A DNA stretch of 64,000 nt, taken from positions 12,248 through 76,247 of the forward strand of contig DASWJT010000119.1 in the NCBI GenBank assembly GCA_036397015.1, written 5' to 3'. Both the position numbers and the translations under genes were made by a program. This DNA is from Thermoanaerobaculia bacterium (lineage in GTDB: Bacteria; Acidobacteriota; Thermoanaerobaculia; Multivoradales; JAGPDF01). Shown piece by piece: positions 46,737-56,049 of this stretch. Under the pieces are notes generated by a model. That model ran no database searches and was not told the DNA's origin. It saw only the letters and a list, made by a program, of their open reading frames with translations. Each line of letters begins with the position of its first letter. Positions within the stretch are counted from its first letter, which is position 1.

Positions 46737-47897
46737 TCACCACAGGCCGTTACGCACGCCTTGCCAGTAGTAGAAGAGCCCGGAGCCGAGATGCAGCGCG
46801 AGGAGCGCGGCGAGCCCCCCGTTGGCCGCCGCGCGCCAGCCGCGCCAGCTCTCGCGGCGCGCCGCGACGTGGACGAAGAGCTCGACCGAGAGCAGGAAGA
46901 CGACGTAGATCGCCAGGTAGCGCCCCCAGCTCCAGTTGCCCGCATAGCCCTCGCCGCGCAGGTAGAGCAGCGCGTACTGGGCGAACGCCACCGCGAAGAC
47001 CGCCCAGGCGTAGAAGTGCTCTGGGCGCCGCCGCACCTCGCGCCAGTGGACGGCAGCGAGCAGCGCCGGGAAGGCGAGCGAGCGCGCGATCGAGAGCGGG
47101 ATGTCGGCCGAGTACACGCGCCAGGCGCGCCAGGGCCCGACCACGATCGTGCCGAGGCTGTCGGAGGTCAGGAACTGCCAGGCGAGCACGGCGGCGGGCG
47201 CCGCCGCGATCGCCGCCGTGCGCAGCGCGATCCGCCCCAACCGGAGACCTCCGCGTCGACCCCGCCAGACCTCGAGCGCCGGCAGGACCGGCAGCCAGGC
47301 GGCGACGTAGCTCGGCTTGACGAAGCACTGCAGCGCCGCGAGCAGCGACGTCGAGACGGCTCGGCCGCGCCACGACGCGACGAAGAGGGCGAGCACCAAC
47401 GGGAAGACGACGACCGTCGTCGGGTTGTGGAAGATCAGCCCCGACATCTGACCCAGGTGAACCGCAGAGTGGGCGCTCCGCAAGGGGTGGCGGGCGGCGA
47501 AGGTGATCGGCGCGAGGAAGAGCAGCGCGGCAGCCACCGCCGCAGCCCGCGCCGGCGCCATCTCGCGCCCCAGCCAGCGCGCCGAGAGCACCGCCTTGGC
47601 CGCCGTCGCCGCCGTGGCTAGGAGGATTGCCGCCGACGCCAAGTCGCGCGGGGGAGCCCACAGACGCGAGAGCGCCAGAACGAGCAACTCGAAGCCGAAG
47701 CGCTCGGAGTGGGCGGCGCGGGCGCGCTCCATCTCCCGGGCGAACCGGAGGTGGCCGCCGAAGTCGCTCGGCCCCGCGACCATGCGCTCGAAGAGCGGCC
47801 AGAACAGGCACGCGACGCCGAGCGCCAGAGCAGCGAGGGCCACGGCCCGGCGCCGGGAATCGGCAGCGGGGCCCGCACGAGGGACGAGATGCGCCAT
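46737..47897 (-). CDS. polytopic membrane protein (~10 TM helices), function unknown
   Basis: Hydrophobic, W/F/Y-rich composition that is not shadow-like. No recognisable motif. Located inside the glycan-modification island. Confidence 0.5.
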   Translation of the reverse strand: MAHLVPRAGPAADSRRRAVALAALALGVACLFWPLFERMVAGPSDFGGHLRFAREMERARAAHSERFGFELLVLALSRLWAPPRDLASAAILLATAATAAKAVLSARWLGREMAPARAAAVAAALLFLAPITFAARHPLRSAHSAVHLGQMSGLIFHNPTTVVVFPLVLALFVASWRGRAVSTSLLAALQCFVKPSYVAAWLPVLPALEVWRGRRGGLRLGRIALRTAAIAAAPAAVLAWQFLTSDSLGTIVVGPWRAWRVYSADIPLSIARSLAFPALLAAVHWREVRRRPEHFYAWAVFAVAFAQYALLYLRGEGYAGNWSWGRYLAIYVVFLLSVELFVHVAARRESWRGWRAAANGGLAALLALHLGSGLFYYWQGVRNGLW

Positions 47898-48052
47898 TCG
47901 CCAGGATCTCGCGGCCGATCCTACCGCCCGCGGCGGCCACGCCCCGGACGCCGTCGCCGCGATAGCATCCGCCGTCGACTCGGGAAGGCATCGCGTTCCT
48001 GCCGGGCGCCACGGCCTGCCGCCGCCCGCACCGAGCGCAGAGAGGAAGCGTC

Positions 48053-48886
48053 GTGAGCCGCAGCCTGCACGGCAAGTTCGTCCTCAACGTCTGCCTCACC
48101 GGCATGGTCGGGCGGAAGCGGCACAACCCCCATCTGCCGATGACGGTCGAGGAGATCACGCGCGACGCCGAGGAGTGCATCCGCCTCGGCGCCTCGATCG
48201 TCCACGTCCACGCGCGCGACGACGACGAGGAGCCGGACTGGCGGCCGGAGACCTACGAGCGCATCGTGCGGGCGATCCGCGCCGTGTCGGCCGACGTTCT
48301 CGTCTGCGTCTCGACGAGCGGCCGCAAGGTGACCGACGTCGAGCGCCGCGCCGCCTGCCTCGACATCGACCCCCGCCCCGACATGGCGTCGCTCACCCTC
48401 GGCTCGCTCAACTTCCTGCGCGAGGGCGTGGTCAACAGCCCCGAGACGGTGCGCGCCCTCGCCGCGCGCATGGCCGAGCGCGGCATCCTGCCCGAGCTCG
48501 AGATCTTCGACCTCGGCATGGCGCGGGCGGCGGCGCGCCTCGTCGACGAGGGCGTCGTTCGCCGCCCGGCCTACGCCAACATCCTGCTCGGCAACGTCGG
48601 CACCGCCAGCACGACGCCGGCCGACCTGGCGGCGATCCTCGGCCACCTGCCGCACGACCTCGTGCGTTCGCTCGCCGGCATCGGCGGCGAGCAGCTGCGC
48701 GCCAACCTGCTCGGCCTGCTCTACTGCCACGGCGTGCGCGTCGGGCTCGAGGACAATCTCTTCCTCGACGCCGCGAAGACGCCAGCGACCAACCGCCAGC
48801 TCGTCGAGCGCGTCGTGCGCCTCGCCGCGGAGCTCGGGCTCGTACCCGCCTCGGGCGCCGAAGTGCGCGCCGCGCTCGCGCTGTGA
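48053..48886 (+). CDS. BKACE family enzyme (3-keto-5-aminohexanoate cleavage enzyme-like, DUF849)
   Basis: GTG at 48053. N-terminal KFVLNVCLTGMVGRKRHNPHLPMTVEEI and metal-ligand histidines (IVHVHARD) are characteristic of Kce/BKACE TIM-barrel enzymes. Length 277 aa. Confidence 0.75.
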   Translation: MSRSLHGKFVLNVCLTGMVGRKRHNPHLPMTVEEITRDAEECIRLGASIVHVHARDDDEEPDWRPETYERIVRAIRAVSADVLVCVSTSGRKVTDVERRAACLDIDPRPDMASLTLGSLNFLREGVVNSPETVRALAARMAERGILPELEIFDLGMARAAARLVDEGVVRRPAYANILLGNVGTASTTPADLAAILGHLPHDLVRSLAGIGGEQLRANLLGLLYCHGVRVGLEDNLFLDAAKTPATNRQLVERVVRLAAELGLVPASGAEVRAALAL

Positions 48887-50007
48887 GGGACCGCCCGCCG
48901 GACACCTCCGTTCCGCTGCACCGACCGTGGATCGGCGACGCCGAGCGCCAGGCTCTGGCGCGCGTTCTGGCGCGCGGCGAGCTCGCCGGCAACGGCGAGG
49001 AGTGTCGCGAGCTCGAGTCGGAGCTCGGCCGTCGGCTCGCGGTGTCCCATGCCCTCGCCGTCTCTTCGGCGACGCACGCGCTCGAGATCGCCATGCACCT
49101 GCTCGATCTCGCCGGCGGCGAGGTCGTGCTGCCTTCGTTCACCTTCCCGTCGGTGGGCAACGCCGTGGTGCGCGCCGGCGGGCGGCCGGTCTTCTGCGAG
49201 GTCCGCGAGCCGGACCTCAACATCGACCTCGACCACGCCCTCTCGCTCGTCGGGCCGCGCACCCGCGCGCTCGTCGTCACCCATTACGCCGGGCATCCGG
49301 TCGACCCGGCGGCGAGCCCGGTGCCGGTAGTGGAGGACGCCGCCCACGCCCTCGGCAGCCGGCTCGGCGGCCGCTCCTGCGGCACCCTCGGCCGCTTCGG
49401 CTGCCTGAGCTTCCACGCCACCAAGAACGTCGTCGCCGGGGAGGGCGGCGCGCTGCTCGTGTCCGATCCCGGGGCGGCGCGCGCGGCGCGCATCTTCCGC
49501 GAGAAAGGCACCAACCGCGACGAGTTCCTCGCCGGGGAGGTCGCCTTCTACAGTTGGGTCGGCCTCGGCAGCTCGCTGGTCCTGCCCGAGCTCGGCGCCG
49601 CGCTCGCGCGCGCTCAGCTGGCGCGGCTCGACGACATCACCCGCCGTCGGCGCGCGGTCGCTGCGCGCTACGAAGCCGGCCTCGGCGAGCTCGAGCGCCG
49701 CGGCGAGCTGCGCGTCGTGCGCTGCGTCGAGGGCGAGAGCTGCCACCACGTCTTCGCCGTCCTCGTCGCGCCGGAGCGGCGGGCGCGCCTGCTCGCCCGC
49801 CTGCGCCAGCTCGGCGTCGGCGCCGCCTCGCACTTCGTGCCGCTGCACGCCTCGCCGTTCGGGCGCGCGGTCGGGCGCGCGCCGGCGCTGCCGCGCACCG
49901 AGCGGCTCGCCGCCTCGCTCGTCCGCCTGCCGATCTTCCCGACGCTCGCCGAGGCGGAGCAGGAGCGGGTGATCGACGCCGTGGAGAGCGCGTGCCGCAC
50001 GAGCTGA
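48883..50007 (+). CDS. DegT/DnrJ/EryC1/StrS family sugar aminotransferase (PLP-dependent)
   Basis: GTGA overlap with the upstream gene. Motifs PWIGDAERQALARVLARGELAGNGEE, VVLPSFTFPSVGNAVVRAGGRPVFCEV and LSFHATKNVVAGEGG (PLP lysine). Confidence 0.85.
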   Translation: MRDRPPDTSVPLHRPWIGDAERQALARVLARGELAGNGEECRELESELGRRLAVSHALAVSSATHALEIAMHLLDLAGGEVVLPSFTFPSVGNAVVRAGGRPVFCEVREPDLNIDLDHALSLVGPRTRALVVTHYAGHPVDPAASPVPVVEDAAHALGSRLGGRSCGTLGRFGCLSFHATKNVVAGEGGALLVSDPGAARAARIFREKGTNRDEFLAGEVAFYSWVGLGSSLVLPELGAALARAQLARLDDITRRRRAVAARYEAGLGELERRGELRVVRCVEGESCHHVFAVLVAPERRARLLARLRQLGVGAASHFVPLHASPFGRAVGRAPALPRTERLAASLVRLPIFPTLAEAEQERVIDAVESACRTS

Positions 50008-50702
50008 GCGCCGGCGAATCGCTCTCGATCGTCCTGCCCGTCTATCGCAACCGCGAGCAGCTGCCGGAGCTGCTCGCGCGGCTCGAGACGATGCTGACGG
50101 GAACCGGTCTCGCCTGGGAGATCGTCTGCGTCGAGGACGGCGGCGGCGACGGCTCCCGCGAATGGCTGGCCGAGCGGGCGGCGAGCGACGAGCGCCTGGT
50201 GCTGGTCGCCAACCCCCGCAACCTCGGCCAGCACGCCGCGATCGTGCGCGGCCTCCGGGCGGCGCGCGGGGGCCGCGTCGTGGTCATGGACGCCGACTTG
50301 CAGGACGCGCCGGAGGACGTGCCCACGCTGCTCGCCGCGTGGCGACCCGGCCTCGGCGCCGTCTTCGCCCGTCGCTCCACCGCCTACCAGCCGGCGCTGC
50401 GCGACTGGACGGGGCGGCAGTTCAAGCGCCTCGTTCGCCGTCTCGTCGGGCCGGGGCTGCCGGTGGGCGTCGGCACCTTCGTCCTCCTCGGCGCCGAAGC
50501 GCGCGAGCGCATCGCGGCGCGAGACGAGGCGCGGCCGTACCTGCCGCTCGCGATCGTGCGCACCGGCCTGCTGGTCGAAAGCGTCGCGATCGAGAAACGC
50601 GGGCGCAGCGCGCGGCGATCCGCGTACAGCGCGCTCGCCCGCCTCCGCCTCGCCTGGCAGGCGTTACGGGCGGCTCTCGGCTGGCGCCTCGGACGACCCT
50701 AG
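49992..50702 (+). CDS. glycosyltransferase family 2, polyprenol-phosphate sugar transferase type (ArnC/DPM1-like)
   Basis: N-terminal LSIVLPVYRNREQLPEL...EIVCVEDGGGDGS...VANPRNLGQHAAIVRGL...VVMDADLQDAPED (DxD) is typical of ArnC-like GT2. GTG start overlaps DegT by 16 bp. Confidence 0.8.
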   Translation: MPHELSAGESLSIVLPVYRNREQLPELLARLETMLTGTGLAWEIVCVEDGGGDGSREWLAERAASDERLVLVANPRNLGQHAAIVRGLRAARGGRVVVMDADLQDAPEDVPTLLAAWRPGLGAVFARRSTAYQPALRDWTGRQFKRLVRRLVGPGLPVGVGTFVLLGAEARERIAARDEARPYLPLAIVRTGLLVESVAIEKRGRSARRSAYSALARLRLAWQALRAALGWRLGRP

Positions 50703-51241
50703 GGCGACGCCGCTGGGCCGCGCTCTGCGCTCGGCTCGGGGAATCGCGCGAGCCGGTAGAAGGGACGCTCGTCGGCGAGTACCTCGAATCGGCCGGGAGG
50801 TTCGTCGGCGGGCAGGAGCGCGAGCTCGATCGGCAGCCGGTGCCGCCGGCGCAGGCCGTCGCGGCGCACGAGCGACGTCGAGTAGCGGATCGGCCGTCCG
50901 TCCGCCGTCCGCACCGGCATCATCAGGCGGACGGCCTGCCGCTCGTGGAAGAAGCGCGACGAGTAAGCGAGGTGGACGGTGCCGCCCGGCGCCACGGCGA
51001 GGTGCTCGGCGAGGCGGCTCCACGCCTCCCGCTCGGCGGCCACGAGCATCAGCAGGACCATGGCGTAGAACGCCGGCGCCAGCACGCGGTGGCCGCGCCA
51101 GTCGAAGGCGTCGTAGAGGAGGAGGACGGCCGCGAGGTGCGCGCCGCCGACGAGCCCGCCGGCGACGAGCAGCCGGTCGCGGCGAGCTCGGCGCTCATGC
51201 CACCGGGTGTCGCTCGTCGCGCGGCCGCTCGCCCGCCGCAC
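50699..51241 (-). CDS. hypothetical protein (one TM segment plus soluble domain)
   Basis: Non-shadow composition in the C-terminal part (SSRFFHERQAVRLMMPVRTADGRPIRYSTSLV). Its N-terminal 15 codons overlap the upstream gene, so the true start may be internal. Tail-to-tail 4-bp overlap with the GT2 gene. Confidence 0.35.
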   Translation of the reverse strand: MRRASGRATSDTRWHERRARRDRLLVAGGLVGGAHLAAVLLLYDAFDWRGHRVLAPAFYAMVLLMLVAAEREAWSRLAEHLAVAPGGTVHLAYSSRFFHERQAVRLMMPVRTADGRPIRYSTSLVRRDGLRRRHRLPIELALLPADEPPGRFEVLADERPFYRLARFPEPSAERGPAASP

Positions 51242-52256
51242 CCGCCGCCGCGCGCCGATCGGCCGCCAGCAGCAGCGAGCCGATCATGAGATTGGGCCCG
51301 TAGGCGACGGCGTGGCTGACCAGCGCGTACGCCGTCGCCGTCGCGAGCGGCACGCCGAGCAGCGTGCCGAGGGCGAGCTGCACCGCGGCGTGGTACGAGC
51401 CGACCGCCGCCGGAACGGGAACCAGGGCGCCGAGCACGGCGAGAAAGAGGAGAGGCGCCACGGCCAGCGCCGGCAGCTCGAGCCCGAAGGCGCGAAACAG
51501 GCACCAGTGGCCGGCGCAGACCACTCCCCAGAGCAGCGCCGACTGGCCCCCGGCGATGGCGAGCGCACCCTCGGTGCGGATGCCGGTGACGCCTGCGGCG
51601 AAGGCGCGGGCGCCGTCCAGCAGGCGCGCGCGGACGGTGCCCTGCGGAGCGCCGAGCCGAGCGCCGAGCGCGGCGCGCAGCGGGGGGGCCGCCGCCGCGG
51701 CGACGACGAGCGCGCCGAGCGCGGCGACCACGATCGAGAGCAAGCGCGATGCGCGCTGGAGATCGGCCCGCAGCTCGGCGCCGGCGGGCGAGGCGGCGCT
51801 CGGGGCGCCGAGACCGAGATAGACCGCAAGCAAGCCGAGGAGGCAGGCGAGATCCAGCAGCCGCTCGAGCAGCTGCGCCCCGAAGGCGAAGCTGCGGTCG
51901 ATCGGGTGACGACGTCCGAGCAGCCAGGGCCGCGCCAGCTCGCCGAGCCGGGCCGGGAGCACGACGAGCGCCACCCAGCCCGCGTAAGTGGCCGCGACGG
52001 CGGCGCCGAGCGGGACCTCGCCGCGCCGTCGGATCAGCGCGTGCCAGCGCCAGCCGCGCGCTGCGAGCGCCGCCGTCTGGAACAGCGCCGCCAGGGCGAC
52101 CCAGCGCCAGCGGGCGTCGCCGAGCTCTGCGACCACCGTCGCCGCGTCGACGCGGCGGAAGAACCAGGCGAGCAGAGCGCCCGCCAGCAGCAGGCCGAAC
52201 AGCAGCGCGCGCCCGCTGCTCCGAGCGGCGCCGGGCGCCGTCGATCCCGAGAGCAT
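51195..52256 (-). CDS. flippase-like / lysylphosphatidylglycerol-synthase-TM-domain (UPF0104, MprF N-terminal-like) membrane protein
   Basis: 8 predicted TM helices. N-terminus ALLFGLLLAGALLAWFFRRVDAATVVAEL is typical of this family. Start placed at the internal ATG (MLSGST...). The track ORF begins with TTG 12 codons upstream. Confidence 0.55.
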   Translation of the reverse strand: MLSGSTAPGAARSSGRALLFGLLLAGALLAWFFRRVDAATVVAELGDARWRWVALAALFQTAALAARGWRWHALIRRRGEVPLGAAVAATYAGWVALVVLPARLGELARPWLLGRRHPIDRSFAFGAQLLERLLDLACLLGLLAVYLGLGAPSAASPAGAELRADLQRASRLLSIVVAALGALVVAAAAAPPLRAALGARLGAPQGTVRARLLDGARAFAAGVTGIRTEGALAIAGGQSALLWGVVCAGHWCLFRAFGLELPALAVAPLLFLAVLGALVPVPAAVGSYHAAVQLALGTLLGVPLATATAYALVSHAVAYGPNLMIGSLLLAADRRAAAGAAGERPRDERHPVA

Positions 52257-52292
52257 CGCTGCATCCTGCTGTACGCCGCGCCGGCGCTGCAA

Positions 52293-52733
52293 CTACGCGG
52301 CGCCGCCGCGAGGCCGCCGCGCGGCGAGGGCGACGAGCGCACAGAGCCGGGCCTCGGTGAGCGAGAAGCGGTAGCCGCGCAGGTCGACCGTCGCCTCCGC
52401 GGCGAAATCACTCTCGACCGCGGCGCGCACCCGCGCCCGGAAGCGCTCGTCGCCGAGACCGGTCGCGGGCCACGGCCCGAGGAGCTCGTCGAGAGCTCGC
52501 CAGACCGCCTCCGGGTCGAAGCCGGCAGTGGCGGCGAGGTGCTCCTCGCCGAGCCTGGCCGCCGAATCGAGGAAGCGCTCGTCGATCCAGAAGCGCGCCT
52601 CGCGCCTGCGGAAACGGCGCCCGCCGACGGCGGCCCACCACCCGCCGGCGACCGCCACGCCGCCGGCAGCGGCGAGCGCCGCGGCGAGCAGCCGTCGCCG
52701 CGTCGGCCCGGCGCGGGTCGTCGGCGCCGTCAC
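52293..52733 (-). CDS. Tat-signal small subunit associated with GMC oxidoreductase (gluconate 2-dehydrogenase gamma-subunit-like)
   Basis: GTG start overlaps the TGA of the GMC gene (GTGA). Twin-arginine motif TRRRLLAAALAAAGGVAVAGG. The rest has real-protein composition (FWIDERFLDSAARLGEEH...). The remainder of track ORF 52293..53972 is shadow of the GMC gene. Confidence 0.5.
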   Translation of the reverse strand: MTAPTTRAGPTRRRLLAAALAAAGGVAVAGGWWAAVGGRRFRRREARFWIDERFLDSAARLGEEHLAATAGFDPEAVWRALDELLGPWPATGLGDERFRARVRAAVESDFAAEATVDLRGYRFSLTEARLCALVALAARRPRGGAA

Positions 52734-54277
52734 GGCAGGCGCGCCTCGAGGTGTTCGGCGAGGCGCAGCGCGAGCGCCACGATCGTCAGCGTCGGGTTGA
52801 CGTAGCCGCTCGCCGGAAACACCGAGCTGCCGGCGATCCACAGGTTGTCGACGCCGTGCACGCGGCAGTCGCGATCGACGACGCCCCGCGCCGGATCGTC
52901 GGACATCCGCGTCGTGCCGAGATGGTGCGCCGCGCCGCGCCACGGGATCTCGCCGTCGAATCCGGGCGCCGTCCACGCGCTCGGCGCGACGCGGCCGATC
53001 GAGAAGCGGCCGAGCTCGTGCACCAGGGCGCGCGCGGCGGCGGCGAGCGTGCGGCGGAACTCCGCGCCGAGCCGCAGGTCGAGCACGAGCCGGCGGCAGC
53101 CGAGCGCGTCCCGCTCCTCGCCGAGCGTCACTCGGCAAGCCGGATCCGGCGCCATCTCCTGCATCGAGTCGAGCCGAGCGCGCTTCATCGCCGGCAGCCC
53201 GCCCGGCCGGCGCGACCCGCTCTCGTCGATCTCGTTCGTCAGCCACGGCAGCAGCCGCGCGGCGTCGGCGACGAAACGCCGCGTCCCGTCGCGCTGCCTG
53301 CGGTCGAGGTCCCAGACCGGCTCGCCCGCCGGGGCGAGCTCGATGCCGAATTGCTGCAGCCGCTCCCGCGTCACGAGCTCGGCGGACGGGCAGAGGTCGG
53401 GCAAGAGCACGGGCGAGCCGGCGATCGGCCCGGCCACGCGCGCCAGCGATTCCGCGAAGCCGAAGACCTGCGCGACCTCGACCACCGGATGCTCCTGGAA
53501 GCAGCGGCCGACCTGGTCGTGCCGGTTGCCGAGCCCGCGCGGCTCGACGCGGTTCGAGAGCAGGAGCAGCCGCGGGTTCTCGAGGCCGCCGCAGGCGAGG
53601 ACGAAGGCGCGCGCGGCGACCGTCGCGCGCCGGCCGCCGAGCGTCCGCACGACGAGCTCGCGCACGTGCCCGCCGCCCGGCTCGGCGACGAGCTCCGTCG
53701 CGTTGGCGTGCAGCACGACGCGCACCGACCGCGAGGCGGCGAGCTCGTCCCGATAGTGCGTCCCGAAGCGCCGCGGGCCCGCGGCGCGCCGCTGGCGGTA
53801 ACGCAGCTCCAGCCGGTGCGCGCCGCCGGGCGGCATCGGGTCGCGGCGGAAGAGCGCCGGATCGCCCGCCGGATTCCGCGGCCACGCCGAGCCGCCGCAG
53901 ATCTCGAGCGCCTCGGCGTAGCGCGAGGCGACCTCCTCCCGGGCGATCGGCCAACCCGGATACGCCTGCCACGGGCGCGCTGCGAAGTCGACCTCGCCGA
54001 GAACTCCCATCTCCCCGGTCCAGTGCACCGAGGTGCCGCCGAAGACGCGCTGGCGCGGCAAGCGGAGGTCGAAGTAGCGCTCGCCGCGCACCTCGCCGCG
54101 GTTGAGCTCCTGGGCGTCGGCCTCGAGCTCGAGCCCGCCGCTCTCGAGCACGAGGACCTGCCGCGGGCCGGCCGTGAAACGCCGTGCCAGCGCGATTCCC
54201 GCCGGGCCGCCGCCGATGATGCAGAGATCGGCGCGCAGGTGGCTCTGGTCTGCGAGCTCCCGCAGGTCGAGGATCAC
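52730..54277 (-). CDS. GMC family oxidoreductase (FAD-dependent, choline/glucose dehydrogenase-like)
   Basis: FAD motif DLCIIGGGPAG. Conserved GMC C-terminal active-site region (GAAHHLGTTRMSDDPARGVVD...NLWIAGSSVFPASGYVNPTLTIVALALR). GTG at 54277 is preferred. The ATG at 54334 adds an Arg-rich 19-aa extension. Confidence 0.8.
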   Translation of the reverse strand: MILDLRELADQSHLRADLCIIGGGPAGIALARRFTAGPRQVLVLESGGLELEADAQELNRGEVRGERYFDLRLPRQRVFGGTSVHWTGEMGVLGEVDFAARPWQAYPGWPIAREEVASRYAEALEICGGSAWPRNPAGDPALFRRDPMPPGGAHRLELRYRQRRAAGPRRFGTHYRDELAASRSVRVVLHANATELVAEPGGGHVRELVVRTLGGRRATVAARAFVLACGGLENPRLLLLSNRVEPRGLGNRHDQVGRCFQEHPVVEVAQVFGFAESLARVAGPIAGSPVLLPDLCPSAELVTRERLQQFGIELAPAGEPVWDLDRRQRDGTRRFVADAARLLPWLTNEIDESGSRRPGGLPAMKRARLDSMQEMAPDPACRVTLGEERDALGCRRLVLDLRLGAEFRRTLAAAARALVHELGRFSIGRVAPSAWTAPGFDGEIPWRGAAHHLGTTRMSDDPARGVVDRDCRVHGVDNLWIAGSSVFPASGYVNPTLTIVALALRLAEHLEARLP

Positions 54278-54344
54278 GCCGGCACCGCGCCGTGGTCGCC
54301 GGCGGCGACGGGCCGCGCGGCGCGAGGCACCCACGCGCCGGTGC

Positions 54345-55955
54345 TCACCTCGGGCCTTCCGCGGGGCCTCTTCCGGACGCCGCCGGCGGCGACGCGCGGC
54401 GATAGACCACCAGCTCGGGACTGATCTTGTCGAGGTTCGTCCTCGCCCTGCCGTGTCGCGACAGCCGCGCCGGGATGCGGCCGGCGTCGCGATGGGCCTC
54501 GATGTAGCCCGCGGCTCGCAGCACGCGCGCCCAGCGCAGCGATCGGCTCCATGCCGCCTCCGCGACGAGGTGCCGCGGAGCCCAACGGCGAAGCTCGCGC
54601 GCGAAGTAGGGCGGTTCTCCGAGCCCGACCTGCCGGCCGGCGAGCGCTGCCCAGTCGTGCTTGCCCAGCACCCAGGTCGTCGGTGCCGAGCCGCCGTCGC
54701 GCGCGATCCACTCGCGAATCGTAACTCGCGAGTCGAAGCGCAGCCGCAGGTCGAGCTCCGCGGCGCGTGTGCCGGAGTAGACGAGGATCGCCACGAGCGC
54801 GGCGCCGACGAGCCACCCGCGGCGCCGCAAGCGGGCGAGGAGGTCGTCGGCGCCCTCGCCCGCGAGCAGGACCGCCGAGAGCGCGATCGGCAGCAGGAAC
54901 CGGTCGTAAGCGCGCGGCAGCGCGAGCCACATGAAGAGCGCGTAGCCGATCGCCGCTGGCAGGTGGAATCCGTGTCGCCGCCGCCGCTCGCCGTCGCGCG
55001 CGATGGCCAGGAGACCCCACAACGCGAGTCCGATCGCCGGCAGGCCGAGGACGAACTCGAGATTGACCCCGGCCTGCCAGGCCTGCGCCAGCTTGCCCGC
55101 GACGCTCGCCTCGAATTCGGGGGCGAGTCGCGCCACCTCGCGGAGGGCCGCGAAATGGCCGCGGACTCCCTCCGGATTGAACGGCACGTTGAGGACGTAG
55201 AGGTAGACGGCCAGCGAGCTCGCGCCCGCCGCCAGCAGGCCCCGCCCGCCGAGCTCGCGCAGCGCGGTCCACCGCGCGGGCTGGAGCCCCGCGAGGCCCT
55301 CGTGCAGCGGCAGCAAAGCGCCGGCCGCGCAGACGGCGTAGACCGCCGCCTGGTCCTTGGTGGCCGCGGCGAGCGCCGCCAGCGCGCCCGCGCCCACCAG
55401 CGCGACGGCGCTCCCCTCGTCGAGAGCGCGCGCGAGGAGGGCGAGCGCGAGGACGAGCCACATCAGGTAGAGCGATTCGACGTTCCCCGTCTTGGCGTAG
55501 TAGGTCACCGTCGGGCTCGCCGCCCAGAGCAGCGCCGCGACCGCCGTGCCCCAGCCGAGCCCGATTCGCCGGCCGAGGGCGAGGAGCCCGAGGACCGTCA
55601 CGACGGTCGCCGCCACCGAGAGCGTCCGCGTCGCCAGCGCGTGACGCCGAAAGGTCGGCGCCGGCGCCGGCGAAGCGCCGGGGAGCGCGTCGCTCGCCGC
55701 CTGGCTCGCCGCCGCGGCGTAGAACATGAGCGGCGGATAGTAGTCGTGCCAGCCGTTCGCGAACCGCGCCTGTCGAGCGGCAGCGACGCGCCGGGGCGAA
55801 ATCTCGTCGGGCGCGACGCTGCGCTGGCCGACGATCCCCCAGTCGAGGGCGAACGCGAAGTGCGTCGCGCCGACGAGCACGATGGCCGTGGCTGCTCGCC
55901 TCCGCGACTTCGAGCCCAGATCCACTGTCGTCCCTCCGCCCGACCGGCCGCCCAT
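54345..55955 (-). CDS. polytopic membrane protein, possible GT39/GT-C-like glycosyltransferase
   Basis: ATG at 55955 (MGGRSGGGTTVDLGSKSRRRAATAIVLVGATHFAF). Motif HDYYPPLMFY plus ~11 TM helices. The upstream 55956..56261 extension is low-complexity. Its in-frame ATG at 56051 would overlap the divergent ATG at 56050. Confidence 0.5.
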   Translation of the reverse strand: MGGRSGGGTTVDLGSKSRRRAATAIVLVGATHFAFALDWGIVGQRSVAPDEISPRRVAAARQARFANGWHDYYPPLMFYAAAASQAASDALPGASPAPAPTFRRHALATRTLSVAATVVTVLGLLALGRRIGLGWGTAVAALLWAASPTVTYYAKTGNVESLYLMWLVLALALLARALDEGSAVALVGAGALAALAAATKDQAAVYAVCAAGALLPLHEGLAGLQPARWTALRELGGRGLLAAGASSLAVYLYVLNVPFNPEGVRGHFAALREVARLAPEFEASVAGKLAQAWQAGVNLEFVLGLPAIGLALWGLLAIARDGERRRRHGFHLPAAIGYALFMWLALPRAYDRFLLPIALSAVLLAGEGADDLLARLRRRGWLVGAALVAILVYSGTRAAELDLRLRFDSRVTIREWIARDGGSAPTTWVLGKHDWAALAGRQVGLGEPPYFARELRRWAPRHLVAEAAWSRSLRWARVLRAAGYIEAHRDAGRIPARLSRHGRARTNLDKISPELVVYRRASPPAASGRGPAEGPR

Positions 55956-56049
55956 TATCCCGCTCCGCTCACGCCGGCGACGGGACGCCGGCCGCCGCCG
56001 GGCCGCCTCGCGGGCTTTGCTGTCCGAGCGCTTCTGAGAGGATGCCGTC

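Noticed and set aside
44795-50380. ORFs 44795..46945(-), 45172..46023, 46750..48180(-), 46761..47621, 47503..48882 (N-terminal part of the 834-aa ORF), 47921..48730(-), 48432..49280(-), 48721..49848(-) and 48927..49991 (N-terminal part of the GT2 ORF)
   Set aside because: Shadow ORFs across the glycan-modification island. The accepted genes have domain motifs or strong TM hydropathy. These do not.
50162-54424. ORFs 50162..51289, 51207..52805, 51749..52360, 52734..53972 (upstream part of the 559-aa minus ORF), 52751..54424 and 52845..53756
   Set aside because: Low-complexity Arg-rich translations overlapping the flippase-like and GMC genes.
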